DNA from: Myxococcota bacterium
GTDB taxonomy: Bacteria; Myxococcota_A; SURF-8
DNA: 64,000 bases
Assembly (NCBI GenBank): GCA_965140415.1
Contig: OZ223209.1
Coordinates: forward strand, 4,192,001 to 4,256,000
Reading direction: 5' to 3'
The translations under genes and the position numbers were made by a program. The notes under the pieces are model-generated. The model made no database searches, was not told where the DNA came from, and was given only the letters and a program-made list of their open reading frames with translations. This document shows positions 27,953 through 36,717 of the stretch, piece after piece (position 1 is the first letter of the stretch; each line of letters starts with the position of its first letter).

Positions 27953-28840
27953 ATGATCGTCAACCTTCTTGGTGTTCGCGGTTCCAGACCCGTATCCATG
28001 CTCGATATGTTGCGATACGGCGGAAACACGACCTCCTTCAAGATCGAAATTCACGGCATGCCACCGATTTTCATCGATGGCGGAACCGGCTTGTACGAAG
28101 AAGGCATCCGACTCGTTCAAAACGGCATTCCAGAAAAGATCTACTTCTTTATCACCCACACGCATTGGGATCACATCCTGGCCTTTCCCTTTTTCCGTCC
28201 CTTATACGAAGAAGGCTGTCACGTGGTCTTTTATGCCCCGGTATCGCACAATCAGCGGTTTATCGAGTTGATCCAAGGTCAGCATAACCCCAAAGCGTTT
28301 CCGGTTCCTTACGAGCAGCTGAAAGCGCGACAGACCTTTATCGACGTACTGCCTAACGACCGCTTCGACCTGGGAATGGCGCAGGTAAGCACCTATCAAC
28401 TCAACCATGCAGGAACGACACTGGGATATCGATTCGAAGCGGAAAAACGTTCGGTTGCGATTATTACGGACAATGCCCCCATCGAAAACAACTATCTAGG
28501 CGAAGGCATTGCGGAAAAGGCATTGTTAGACAGTTCCACATTCGAAAACGAATGGACCGAAGGGCTGATCCAATTCATGGATAGTGCGGATCTGGTGATA
28601 TTCGATACGCACTTTACCAACGAAACGATTAAAAACCGCCGCCATTGGGGGCACTCCTCCCCGGATATGGCGATTGATCTTTGCCTGCGAGCTGGTGTAA
28701 AACGCCTGATTCTTCACCATCACGCGCCGGAAGACAGCGATAAACTGGTCGACGCCAAAGCGGAAGCCGCCTGGGAGCGGGTTCAGGGCATGAACCTTCA
28801 GGTGGAACCGGGAACGGAAGGAATGAAGATATGGCTATGA
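27953..28840 (+). CDS. MBL-fold metallo-hydrolase (phosphodiesterase-like)
   Basis: GVRGS.P, YGGNT, IDGGTG, THTHWDH, WGHS, HHAP motifs. Confidence 0.88.
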   Translation: MIVNLLGVRGSRPVSMLDMLRYGGNTTSFKIEIHGMPPIFIDGGTGLYEEGIRLVQNGIPEKIYFFITHTHWDHILAFPFFRPLYEEGCHVVFYAPVSHNQRFIELIQGQHNPKAFPVPYEQLKARQTFIDVLPNDRFDLGMAQVSTYQLNHAGTTLGYRFEAEKRSVAIITDNAPIENNYLGEGIAEKALLDSSTFENEWTEGLIQFMDSADLVIFDTHFTNETIKNRRHWGHSSPDMAIDLCLRAGVKRLILHHHAPEDSDKLVDAKAEAAWERVQGMNLQVEPGTEGMKIWL

Positions 28841-29670
28841 CCGTCACCTTTTATGGTACGCGCGGCGGTATCATGTCGGTCTCACGCGATCGTTTGATCT
28901 ACGGTGGCCATACGACCTGTTTGTCAATCGCTTCACAAAAAGAACTGCTGATCATCGACGCCGGATTCGGCATCGCCAATCTGGGTGCCAAGTTGATGCA
29001 GGAATATGACATCACCAAAGGTGGATATTCCTTCCATTTACTGCTGACCCATTTTCACTGGGATCACATCCAGGGCTTGCAGTATTTTACACCAATCTAT
29101 TTTCCTAATAATCACATCTATCTGCATTCGCCGTTTCCGGAAAAGGAAGTGCGAGAAGTATTCGACCTGCTGCTCGACGATTCCTATTCGCCATTTAACG
29201 GGCTAAACAGCCTGCCCTGCACCTGGCACCTGGAACAACTGAAAGAGGAAACAGAGATCGGGATCTTCACGATTTCCCACCACCCCACAGTACATCTGGG
29301 TGAAAGCTATGCCTACCGCATTAAAAACGGCGGTAAAACACTTGTATTCTCGGGAGATCATGACGCAGCGGAAAGCAAACGAAACGATGACTTCGTAAAC
29401 TGGGCCACAGGTTGCGACCTGCTGATCCACGAAGCGATGTACACACCGGCAGAGTATCAGCGCTCGCCCGGATTCGGTCATAGTTCCTTTATCACCGCCA
29501 TGGCCAACGCCAAACGCATCAATGCACCATTGACCCTGTTGACGCACCATGAACCCTTACGGAGCGACTCGGAGCTCGGCGAGCACGAACGGTACATGGA
29601 AAGACTCTACAACAAGAAAGATCGCCGCTTGGCCTTCGCCAGAGAAGACATCGAGTACCAAATCAAGTAA
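28831..29670 (+). CDS. Second MBL-fold metallo-hydrolase (phosphodiesterase-like)
   Basis: GTRGG, YGGHT, IDAGFG, THFHWDHIQG, FGHS, THHEP motifs; overlaps the upstream paralog. Confidence 0.88.
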   Translation: MAMTVTFYGTRGGIMSVSRDRLIYGGHTTCLSIASQKELLIIDAGFGIANLGAKLMQEYDITKGGYSFHLLLTHFHWDHIQGLQYFTPIYFPNNHIYLHSPFPEKEVREVFDLLLDDSYSPFNGLNSLPCTWHLEQLKEETEIGIFTISHHPTVHLGESYAYRIKNGGKTLVFSGDHDAAESKRNDDFVNWATGCDLLIHEAMYTPAEYQRSPGFGHSSFITAMANAKRINAPLTLLTHHEPLRSDSELGEHERYMERLYNKKDRRLAFAREDIEYQIK

Positions 29671-29717
29671 TCGCCGCCCCCATTACCGCTTTTTTTTTGA
29701 GATTGGCCCTCTAGTTC

Positions 29718-30542
29718 TTATGCGAGGAACCAGTTGAAGTAGTAATAAAGTACGGGAGATGCAAAGAGCACCGCATCGAAGCGGTCCAATACGCCGCCAT
29801 GACCGGGAATGATCGTACCGCTGTCTTTGATGCCGAAACTGCGTTTCAATAACGATTCGCATAAATCGCCGACCTGACCCACATAACCCATGATGAGTGA
29901 CAGCACAATCAGGTGCAAAGCCGGCCAGTTCAAGGACAACATGGCATCGAAAGCAAAGGCTCCGCCAATCCCTGCCAATGCGCCGCCGACCGATCCTTCC
30001 CAGGTTTTCTTGGGGCTGACCGCTTCGTAAAATTTATGCTTTCCTAAATAACGTCCGGCAAAATAGCCGCCGGTATCGTTCATCCAAACCACTGCCAATA
30101 AAAAGAGCACCAGCTTCCATCCCGCAGGATCGGGAGTTACCTGCAACATAAATGGGAAGAAGAACAGCACGTCGATGTAGATCAATCCCAAAACCCCAAT
30201 CGCCGTTCTCGACGCCGCCGTCTGTATTTCGCCGTAGTTGAAAAGGAAGAAAATGAAGAGAGCAAGGAATCCGAACACCAGCGGTGCGTGGAAAATCGAA
30301 TCGGGCAACTCGAAGACGACGCCCATTCCCCATAGCAAGTAAACCAAAGCTCCGATGGCGATACAAAAACGCCGGATATTGGTATTCTCCGGGAAAGCCA
30401 TTCCGTAATACTCGGAAAGTGCGATACCGGCAATCGCCATCAATAGCAGAAACACCACGAAATGGGGAGCGAAAATCAGAATCGGTAACGCAACAGGAAT
30501 GCCGATCACCGCGACGAGCACTCGTTTATAAAGCATATTCAC
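29718..30542 (-). CDS. cdsA: Phosphatidate cytidylyltransferase
   Basis: DTGGYFAG, SPKKTWEG, GDLCESLLKRSFGIKDSG.IIPGHGGVLDRFD motifs. Confidence 0.96.
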   Translation of the reverse strand: MNMLYKRVLVAVIGIPVALPILIFAPHFVVFLLLMAIAGIALSEYYGMAFPENTNIRRFCIAIGALVYLLWGMGVVFELPDSIFHAPLVFGFLALFIFFLFNYGEIQTAASRTAIGVLGLIYIDVLFFFPFMLQVTPDPAGWKLVLFLLAVVWMNDTGGYFAGRYLGKHKFYEAVSPKKTWEGSVGGALAGIGGAFAFDAMLSLNWPALHLIVLSLIMGYVGQVGDLCESLLKRSFGIKDSGTIIPGHGGVLDRFDAVLFASPVLYYYFNWFLA

Positions 30543-30560
30543 AGACCCTTTCGAATGGGG

Positions 30561-31295
30561 TTATTTCGTTAACTGTTCAGAGATATGGCCGAAGCGCCGC
30601 TCCCTATTCTGATAGGCGTAGATCGCTTCGTACAGGCGCTCTTTGTTGAACTCCGGCCAGAAATAGTCGGGGAAGAGCATTTCGGCATAAGCAATCTGCC
30701 AGGGCAGAAATCCACTGGTGCGCTGCTCTCCCGAAGTTCGGATCATCAAGTCCACCGGCGGCAACTGCGGCACATACAAATGCTGCTCGAAAATTTCTTT
30801 CGTAATGGATTCCGGCTGCAACTCACCCTGCTGAACTTTCTTCGCGATCTGCACACAGGCGTCCACCAGTTCCTGCTTGCCGCCATAGGCCAGGCACAGA
30901 TTCAGGAACATGCCATTGTTGGAAGAGGATTCCTCCATTAACGGAAGCAGCTTTTCCTTTACGAAATCGGGCAGTTCATGGACATGACCACTGCAAACGA
31001 GACGAATATTGTTATTCAGAATTTCGTCCCGTTCTTCGATCAAATAGCGTTCCAGCAAGCGCATCAAAGCATCGACTTCACGCTTGGGTCTGGCCCAGTT
31101 TTCCTCTGAAAAAGCATAGAGCGACAGTGCGTCGATACCAAGTTCGCGACAGGCCGTAACCGTCACTTTGACTGCTCCAGCGCCTTTTTCGTGTCCTTTT
31201 ACCCGTTCCAGTATTCGTTTTTTCGCCCAGCGCCCATTGCCGTCCATAATAATGGCGACATGACGTGGCAGCCGGGAAAGATCCAAGTTCTTCAT
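30561..31295 (-). CDS. uppS: Undecaprenyl diphosphate synthase
   Basis: PRHVAIIMDGNGRWA, AFSEENWARP, IRTSGEQR.S.FL.WQ motifs; GGAGG RBS before ATG 31295. Confidence 0.95.
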   Translation of the reverse strand: MKNLDLSRLPRHVAIIMDGNGRWAKKRILERVKGHEKGAGAVKVTVTACRELGIDALSLYAFSEENWARPKREVDALMRLLERYLIEERDEILNNNIRLVCSGHVHELPDFVKEKLLPLMEESSSNNGMFLNLCLAYGGKQELVDACVQIAKKVQQGELQPESITKEIFEQHLYVPQLPPVDLMIRTSGEQRTSGFLPWQIAYAEMLFPDYFWPEFNKERLYEAIYAYQNRERRFGHISEQLTK

Positions 31296-31507
31296 TCCAA
31301 ATTCCTCCGCTTCAATCGCGCGCAGCATAGCATAGCCCTTTGTAGGTCGCAACAAGAAAGGCGGCTCACATCGTCCCGATTTTAGTCGCTTTATCCGTAT
31401 TTTTGCATTGGCATCACAGGTCGCTTTTGCTAGACTGCCCCCACAAGTAACAGATCGTCGTAACAACACCGCCTTGTCTATCGGGCGTAGCAACGAAGGA
31501 GCAGAAA

Positions 31508-31912
31508 ATGATCAAGAAAATCGACCATATCGCAATCGGCGTCAACGACCTGGACAAAGCCATCGCTTTCTATCGCGACGTGCTTGGCCTGCCGGCTTCC
31601 GAACCGGAAGTGGTCGAATCGCAGAAAGTGCGTGTGGTAATGGTGCCGGTCGGTGAAGTGAAAGTGGAACTGATGGAACCGATCAGCGAAGAATCCCCGC
31701 TGTTTAAAAGCATGGCCAAACGCGGCGAAGGCATCCAGCACATCTGCTTCGGAGTGGACGATGTTCACGCTGAAATGAAAAAGCTGAAGGATTCCGATGT
31801 CAAGACCTTACAGGACGCTCCCATCGAAGGCGCACACAACACCTTGGCCTTCTTCCTGCATCCGAAAGCCGCAAACAGCGTCTTGTTGGAGTTCAATCAG
31901 AAAAAAGGCTGA
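31508..31912 (+). CDS. mce: Methylmalonyl-CoA epimerase (VOC family)
   Basis: IDHIAIGV, VELMEP, GEGIQHICF, GAH...FLHPK...VLLE motifs. Confidence 0.9.
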   Translation: MIKKIDHIAIGVNDLDKAIAFYRDVLGLPASEPEVVESQKVRVVMVPVGEVKVELMEPISEESPLFKSMAKRGEGIQHICFGVDDVHAEMKKLKDSDVKTLQDAPIEGAHNTLAFFLHPKAANSVLLEFNQKKG

Positions 31913-31949
31913 TACCGAACATGGGGCGACTCGGCAAAGTCCGGGTCGC

Positions 31950-32948
31950 CTACCAACGCATCAGTAAAGAAATCCAGGACAATCCCCCGCCATGCGCGAA
32001 GAAGCACACGAGGTTGCCTGCTTTCAGGCGACCGCCGCGCACCGCCGTATCCAGCGCCATGGGAATCGAAGCCGATGCCGTGTTACCTGTTTTTTCGATG
32101 GTTAACACCACTTTGTCCAGCGGCAAATCCAAGGCTTTTGCACCGGACTCGATAATGCGCAGATTCGATTGATGCGGGATCAACAAATCCAGATTCTCCG
32201 GCACCAACTGCTCCTGAGCCAAAGCGCGCTCGACGCCCACGGCAAAGACCTGTTTCCCATAACTGGCCACCGCCGCACCATCCATCACCAATGCGGGCGT
32301 TCGCTTGGTTTCCTCTTCACTTTCATTCTGTTCGGAGGCAGGAACGTAGAGTGTTTTAAAACTCTCTCCCTGCGAACCGGCCACAGCAGAGAGCATTCCC
32401 CGATTGGGATCGTCGCAGGCGGAAACGACTGCCGCCCCGGCGCCATCGCCGAATAATACCGTTGTTCCCTTGTTGCTGGGGTCCACCAGTTGGCTGCCCT
32501 TGTCCGAACCGATCACCAGGATATGTTCGTAGCGCCCAGCCATGATGTAATAGCTGGCCGCCTCCAGCGCTTCTACGAAGCCGGTGCAATCCTTGCCAAA
32601 GTCGTAAGCCGGAACGCTGTGCAGTCCGATCTTGTGCGCGACCAATGGGCAAAGCTTGGGAATGGTGACATCCGGTGTGGACGTAGCCAGAATCACCAAG
32701 TCAATCTCGTCCGGATGAATCCCCGCCGCTTCGATGGCGGATTTTCCGGCCCTGGCAGCCATGTCGCTCACGCTTTCGCGTTCGGCGTATCGACGCTCTA
32801 AGATGCCGGTTTTGGAAAGAATCTCATCCGAAGTTACGGAATACACTTCGCCTCTTCGATTGGTGAAAGTGCGTGTCTCCAGTTCCTTATTGGTCAACCG
32901 CTTTTCCGGCAGATAACTGCCGGTTCCGGTGATAATGGCAGTAGGCAT
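31950..32948 (-). CDS. 3-oxoacyl-ACP synthase III (FabH family), atypical
   Basis: GTGSYLP, TGILERR, DCTGF (catalytic Cys), FGDGAGA, PHQSN, GNTASAS motifs. Confidence 0.88.
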   Translation of the reverse strand: MPTAIITGTGSYLPEKRLTNKELETRTFTNRRGEVYSVTSDEILSKTGILERRYAERESVSDMAARAGKSAIEAAGIHPDEIDLVILATSTPDVTIPKLCPLVAHKIGLHSVPAYDFGKDCTGFVEALEAASYYIMAGRYEHILVIGSDKGSQLVDPSNKGTTVLFGDGAGAAVVSACDDPNRGMLSAVAGSQGESFKTLYVPASEQNESEEETKRTPALVMDGAAVASYGKQVFAVGVERALAQEQLVPENLDLLIPHQSNLRIIESGAKALDLPLDKVVLTIEKTGNTASASIPMALDTAVRGGRLKAGNLVCFFAHGGGLSWISLLMRW

Positions 32949-33034
32949 ACGAAAAGCCTCCAACGTAAACAGCATTGATAGCAACAAGAACAAGAAAGGA
33001 ACGACGAGCTGTCAGAATCAGCCCTGAGATCTAG

Positions 33035-33063
33035 AAATTAGCAAAGCCGCGTGAAACTGTCAA
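33035..33063 (-). promoter_or_regulatory. Putative sigma70 promoter for the FabH-like gene
   Basis: Minus strand TTGACA-17 nt-TAATTT with TGn extension. Confidence 0.55.
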
Positions 33064-33161
33064 TCATCTGCACACTAGAATACGTAGTATTGCAAAAATA
33101 AGCACAATTCCAGGTGTAACCATCAATCGGTTTTCTCAGAGGAAGAATCTGTGCTCTCATC

Positions 33162-33190
33162 TTGCGAAATCGCCTGCTTGCTCGTACAAT
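33162..33190 (+). promoter_or_regulatory. Putative sigma70 promoter for the aminopeptidase
   Basis: TTGCGA-17 nt-TACAAT. Confidence 0.55.
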
Positions 33191-33241
33191 GGCTTCGCTG
33201 AAATGACAGATCGGTTTTCAGGTCACTTAAGGAGGTAAAAA

Positions 33242-34351
33242 ATGGACGAACGGACAAAACGATTGGCAAAAAACCTGGTGCAGTATTCCATGGCGGTCAA
33301 ACCCGGTGAAAAAGTGCTGATCGAAGCGATTGGAGAGAATACCTTCCCGCTGGTGGAAGCACTTATCGAGGAAGTCTATCAGGCGAAAGGCATTCCGTTT
33401 TACCTGTTGCATCAGGATCTGATCAAGCGCGCACAGCTACAAGGCGCAAGCAAAGAACAATTCGAAATGGAAGCGGCCTGGCAGAAGGCGCGCATGGAAC
33501 AGATGGACTGCTACGTCGGAGTGCGGGGAAGCAACAACGTACTGGAACTCTCCGATGTTCCAAGTGAGAAATTGCAAATCAGCTCATCGACGGTCACCAA
33601 GAACGTCCATATGGAAATTCGCGTTCCCAATACGCGCTGGGTCGTGCTGCGCTACCCGAATCCGACCTTCGCTCAAGCCGCCAAAATGTCCACCCGGCAA
33701 TTCGAGGACTTCTTCTATAAAGCCTGTCTGCTGGACTATTCCGAAATGTCCAAAGCCATGGACCCGCTGGTCGACTTGATGAACCGCACGGATAAGGTCC
33801 AGATCAAAGGCCCGGGAACGGATTTGACGTTCTCCATCAAGGATATCCCCGCCATTAAATGCGATGGCAAGTTGAACATCCCGGACGGCGAAGTGTTCGC
33901 GGCACCGGTTAAGGATTCCATCAACGGAACGATCCACTACAACACGCCCACGCTGTACGAAGGCAACCTCTTCGACGGCATCCACTTCACGTTCGAAAAC
34001 GGCAAGATCGTCAAAGCAGGCTGCGATGTCGGAGACGAGAAGAAGCTGAACAACATTCTGGATCGCGATGAAGGCGCACGTTACGTGGGTGAATTCGCCA
34101 TCGGCGTCAATCCACACGTCGATCGTCCGATGCTGGACATTCTATTCGACGAGAAAATCTCCGGTTCCTTCCATCTGACTCCCGGCGGCTGCTATGATGA
34201 AGCCGACAACGGAAACAAATCCGAAGTACACTGGGATCTGGTCATGCGCCAGTTCGCCGAGCAAGGCGGCGGAGAAATCTGGTTCGACGACGTATTGATC
34301 CGCAAGGACGGACTGTTCGTGGTAGAGGAATTGAAAGCGCTGAATCCGTAG
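33242..34351 (+). CDS. M29 family aminopeptidase (AmpS/PepS-like)
   Basis: AAGGAGG RBS; NIPDGEVF.AP, GEFAIG, LFDEKI.GSFH, S.VHWD motifs. Confidence 0.93.
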   Translation: MDERTKRLAKNLVQYSMAVKPGEKVLIEAIGENTFPLVEALIEEVYQAKGIPFYLLHQDLIKRAQLQGASKEQFEMEAAWQKARMEQMDCYVGVRGSNNVLELSDVPSEKLQISSSTVTKNVHMEIRVPNTRWVVLRYPNPTFAQAAKMSTRQFEDFFYKACLLDYSEMSKAMDPLVDLMNRTDKVQIKGPGTDLTFSIKDIPAIKCDGKLNIPDGEVFAAPVKDSINGTIHYNTPTLYEGNLFDGIHFTFENGKIVKAGCDVGDEKKLNNILDRDEGARYVGEFAIGVNPHVDRPMLDILFDEKISGSFHLTPGGCYDEADNGNKSEVHWDLVMRQFAEQGGGEIWFDDVLIRKDGLFVVEELKALNP

Positions 34352-34357
34352 CTCTAT

Positions 34358-34390
34358 CGTATCCGCCTGTCAAGTTGGCGGGCGGATACG
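34358..34390. terminator. 15-bp stem-loop after the aminopeptidase (terminator or stabiliser)
   Basis: cgtatccgcctgtca-agt-tggcgggcggatacg; weak T-tract. Confidence 0.55.
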
Positions 34391-34468
34391 TTGATTATTC
34401 CACCGACTGCATAACCTCTGATTATCATCGGTGAAGCAGCAGAACAATGAGCGGCTGAAAGGGAAACG

Positions 34469-35659
34469 ATGAGCAAGGAAATCGTGCTGCGGCTGGCCAA
34501 GGAAAAATGGATCACCCGCTGGCAGATTGAAAATGCGCTGGAACGTCAGTTGATTTATCAGGGCAGCCTGGTAGACAACCTGATCCGCCTGGGCTACCTG
34601 GATCAGGAGCGTATGCTGCATTACTTCAGCACGACCTTTGACTTACCGACCATCAATCCGGAACTGCTGCGCTCTATCCCCAGTCACGTGCTCGAAATGC
34701 TGCCTCGCGATCTGGTCACGTCCTATCGTGTCCTGCCTGTGGGAGTGAAAAACAATCACCTGATCATTGCAACCTTTTCACCATTGAGTAAGCAAGATCA
34801 CGACGATCTCGTCTTCTTTACCGGCATGGACCTGAAAGTTACCTTGACCAGCGAAAACCTGCTGGTGGATACCATTCGATATTATTACGGAATCCTTCTG
34901 CCTTCCATCATTCTGGACAATATCGGGCTGGGCGACAAGCTCTTCGTTCCAGAAGAAGCTCCCGATCTCGAAGAACTTATCGACATGGCGGGAGAATCGC
35001 CAGAACCGGAAAAAGTCGATCTGCTTGCCACTCCCGTACCGGAGGCGATACATACCACGCCCCAAGAAGAACTCTCTCCTCCTCCCTCCTCCGATCAGGA
35101 TGCCGCATCCGCAGAACGAAACATCCTCAATCAAACCAATCCGAAAATGCAGGAGGATGTTCAGGAAGAAACCATTGAAATCGACGAGTTGGAAGATCTT
35201 CTGGACGCCGCCGATACACGGGACGAAATCATTATGGGAGCCTGCGGCTGGCTGAGAAGTTACTATTCCGTAACACTTTTTCTGACCATCAAGAAATCCT
35301 CGATTGGCGGCTATTACGGCGAAGGCTCTCCAGAAGTAAAGGAAAATGTTAAAGATCTGGAATTGTCATTAAATCTGGATTCGGCGCTAAAAACAGCGGT
35401 CGATGACAACGAAGTGCAGTGCGCCACGTTTGATGAAGATACCAGCGTGGATCATATCGTTAAATTCTGCGGGATGACTCCCCCGGAAGAAGCGTTGATT
35501 CTGCCGATCTTTCTAAAATCGAAAGCTATCGGCTTGGTAGTCGCACTGAAACCCAATGACGACACCCCTACAGTGAATGCCGAAGTGGGAGAACAAATCC
35601 GCCAGGCAATCTCCGCAGCGTTTGAAACCCTGATTCTTTCCAAGAAAATCGGAATTTAA
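34469..35659 (+). CDS. GspE/PilB N-terminal (MshEN-like) domain protein without ATPase; possible GAF-like C-terminus
   Basis: ITRWQIENALERQ...L..NLIRLGYL; YRVLPV...LIIA; acidic linker; no Walker motifs. Confidence 0.7.
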   Translation: MSKEIVLRLAKEKWITRWQIENALERQLIYQGSLVDNLIRLGYLDQERMLHYFSTTFDLPTINPELLRSIPSHVLEMLPRDLVTSYRVLPVGVKNNHLIIATFSPLSKQDHDDLVFFTGMDLKVTLTSENLLVDTIRYYYGILLPSIILDNIGLGDKLFVPEEAPDLEELIDMAGESPEPEKVDLLATPVPEAIHTTPQEELSPPPSSDQDAASAERNILNQTNPKMQEDVQEETIEIDELEDLLDAADTRDEIIMGACGWLRSYYSVTLFLTIKKSSIGGYYGEGSPEVKENVKDLELSLNLDSALKTAVDDNEVQCATFDEDTSVDHIVKFCGMTPPEEALILPIFLKSKAIGLVVALKPNDDTPTVNAEVGEQIRQAISAAFETLILSKKIGI

Positions 35660-35786
35660 CAAGATATCCGTATCGTCAGAATATCAGTGAATATTTCGGA
35701 AGAATTCATCATCCTGCCTTGATTTCCAGAAATTCACTCTTATAGTAATGTCAACAGAGAGTACATCTTTCAAGGAGCACAGACAC

Positions 35787-36005
35787 ATGCCTATTTATGA
35801 ATATCGTTGCAAATCCTGCGGTCATGTTTTCGAAGAACTGATCCTGCGCGCAGCGGATGTAACCGATTTGAAATGCCAGTCCTGCGGATCGACCGAGGTT
35901 GAACGAGTAACCAGCAGCTTTGCGACCAATACAAGCGGACCAAGCAAATCCACTTCCATTCCTTCCGCCCCGGCTTGCAGCGGCAGTTGAAAGCCGCGCT
36001 TTTAG
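35787..36005 (+). CDS. FmdB-family zinc-ribbon protein; probable selenoprotein (TGA 35988-35990, then KPRF-TAG); ends at 35990 if TGA is a stop
   Basis: AAGGAG RBS; MPIYEYRCKSCGHVFE...CQSCGS; C-terminal CSGS-TGA followed by a hairpin. Confidence 0.8.
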
Positions 36006-36020
36006 ACGGCGGTCGCCGTC
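36005..36020 (+). promoter_or_regulatory. Candidate bacterial SECIS element
   Basis: GACGGC-GGTC-GCCGTC hairpin; loop starts 20 nt after the TGA and begins with G. Confidence 0.55.
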
Positions 36021-36076
36021 CGAGATTCAAGCACACGTTGAATTGAAGTTTTTATCAGGGGAAAACCTAACACGCC

Positions 36077-36113
36077 CGGCGGCGGAAAAGGGAGACTCCC
36101 CTTTCCGCCGCCG
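36077..36113. terminator. Long GC-rich hairpin between convergent genes
   Basis: cggcggcggaaaaggg-agact-cccctttccgccgccg. Confidence 0.7.
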
Positions 36114-36127
36114 ATTGATGTATTTTG

Positions 36128-36706
36128 CTAGAAGGAGAAGCCTTCCGGCAGATCAGCTTGCGCCGTACCTTCCGGCACCCATGCCAGATCGGTAATGGTA
36201 TAAGTCGGATTCGCTTTACGGAAGATCGGGAGCACACGCATTCCGATTGAAGGTTTACCTTTAAGCAGATAGCTCATCAGAATGGTGGAAACACCCTCGA
36301 ATTCGATATTGATAAAGTGAATGGGCTTGTCCAGCGTATTGAACGCTCCGCTTCGTTCGCAGATCATGAACGTATGCACCTTGGCGGTTTCGCGGGCCAC
36401 ACTGGTAAGATCCACGATTTCCGTTTTTTCCAGGCAATCCGGGCAATGAACACGGAACGGGATGAAAATAGACTGGTAGCCGTCCGTGCAATCAGGATTC
36501 ACACAGCGAGTAGCCAGCAGTTTGCCTTCGGCCAACGCGCTGAAAAACGGTGCTTCTCCGCCATAAGAGTGAATGTGGGTGATATTGCGCGGATTGGTTA
36601 CACCACACAACTTGCCTTCTTCATTATTTATCGGCGTATTCGGTTCAGGAACATGGAATTTGCCGTTGATTTTGTATGCTCCATTTTGGACTTTTGCGGT
36701 TCCCAT
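36128..36706 (-). CDS. DUF35 (Zn-ribbon/OB-fold) acyl-CoA-binding partner protein
   Basis: FFSALAEGKLLATRC...C...PFRVHCPDC; IGMRV.P.F; directly after the thiolase-like gene. Confidence 0.88.
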   Translation of the reverse strand: MGTAKVQNGAYKINGKFHVPEPNTPINNEEGKLCGVTNPRNITHIHSYGGEAPFFSALAEGKLLATRCVNPDCTDGYQSIFIPFRVHCPDCLEKTEIVDLTSVARETAKVHTFMICERSGAFNTLDKPIHFINIEFEGVSTILMSYLLKGKPSIGMRVLPIFRKANPTYTITDLAWVPEGTAQADLPEGFSF

Positions 36707-36717
36707 TTATCACCTCC

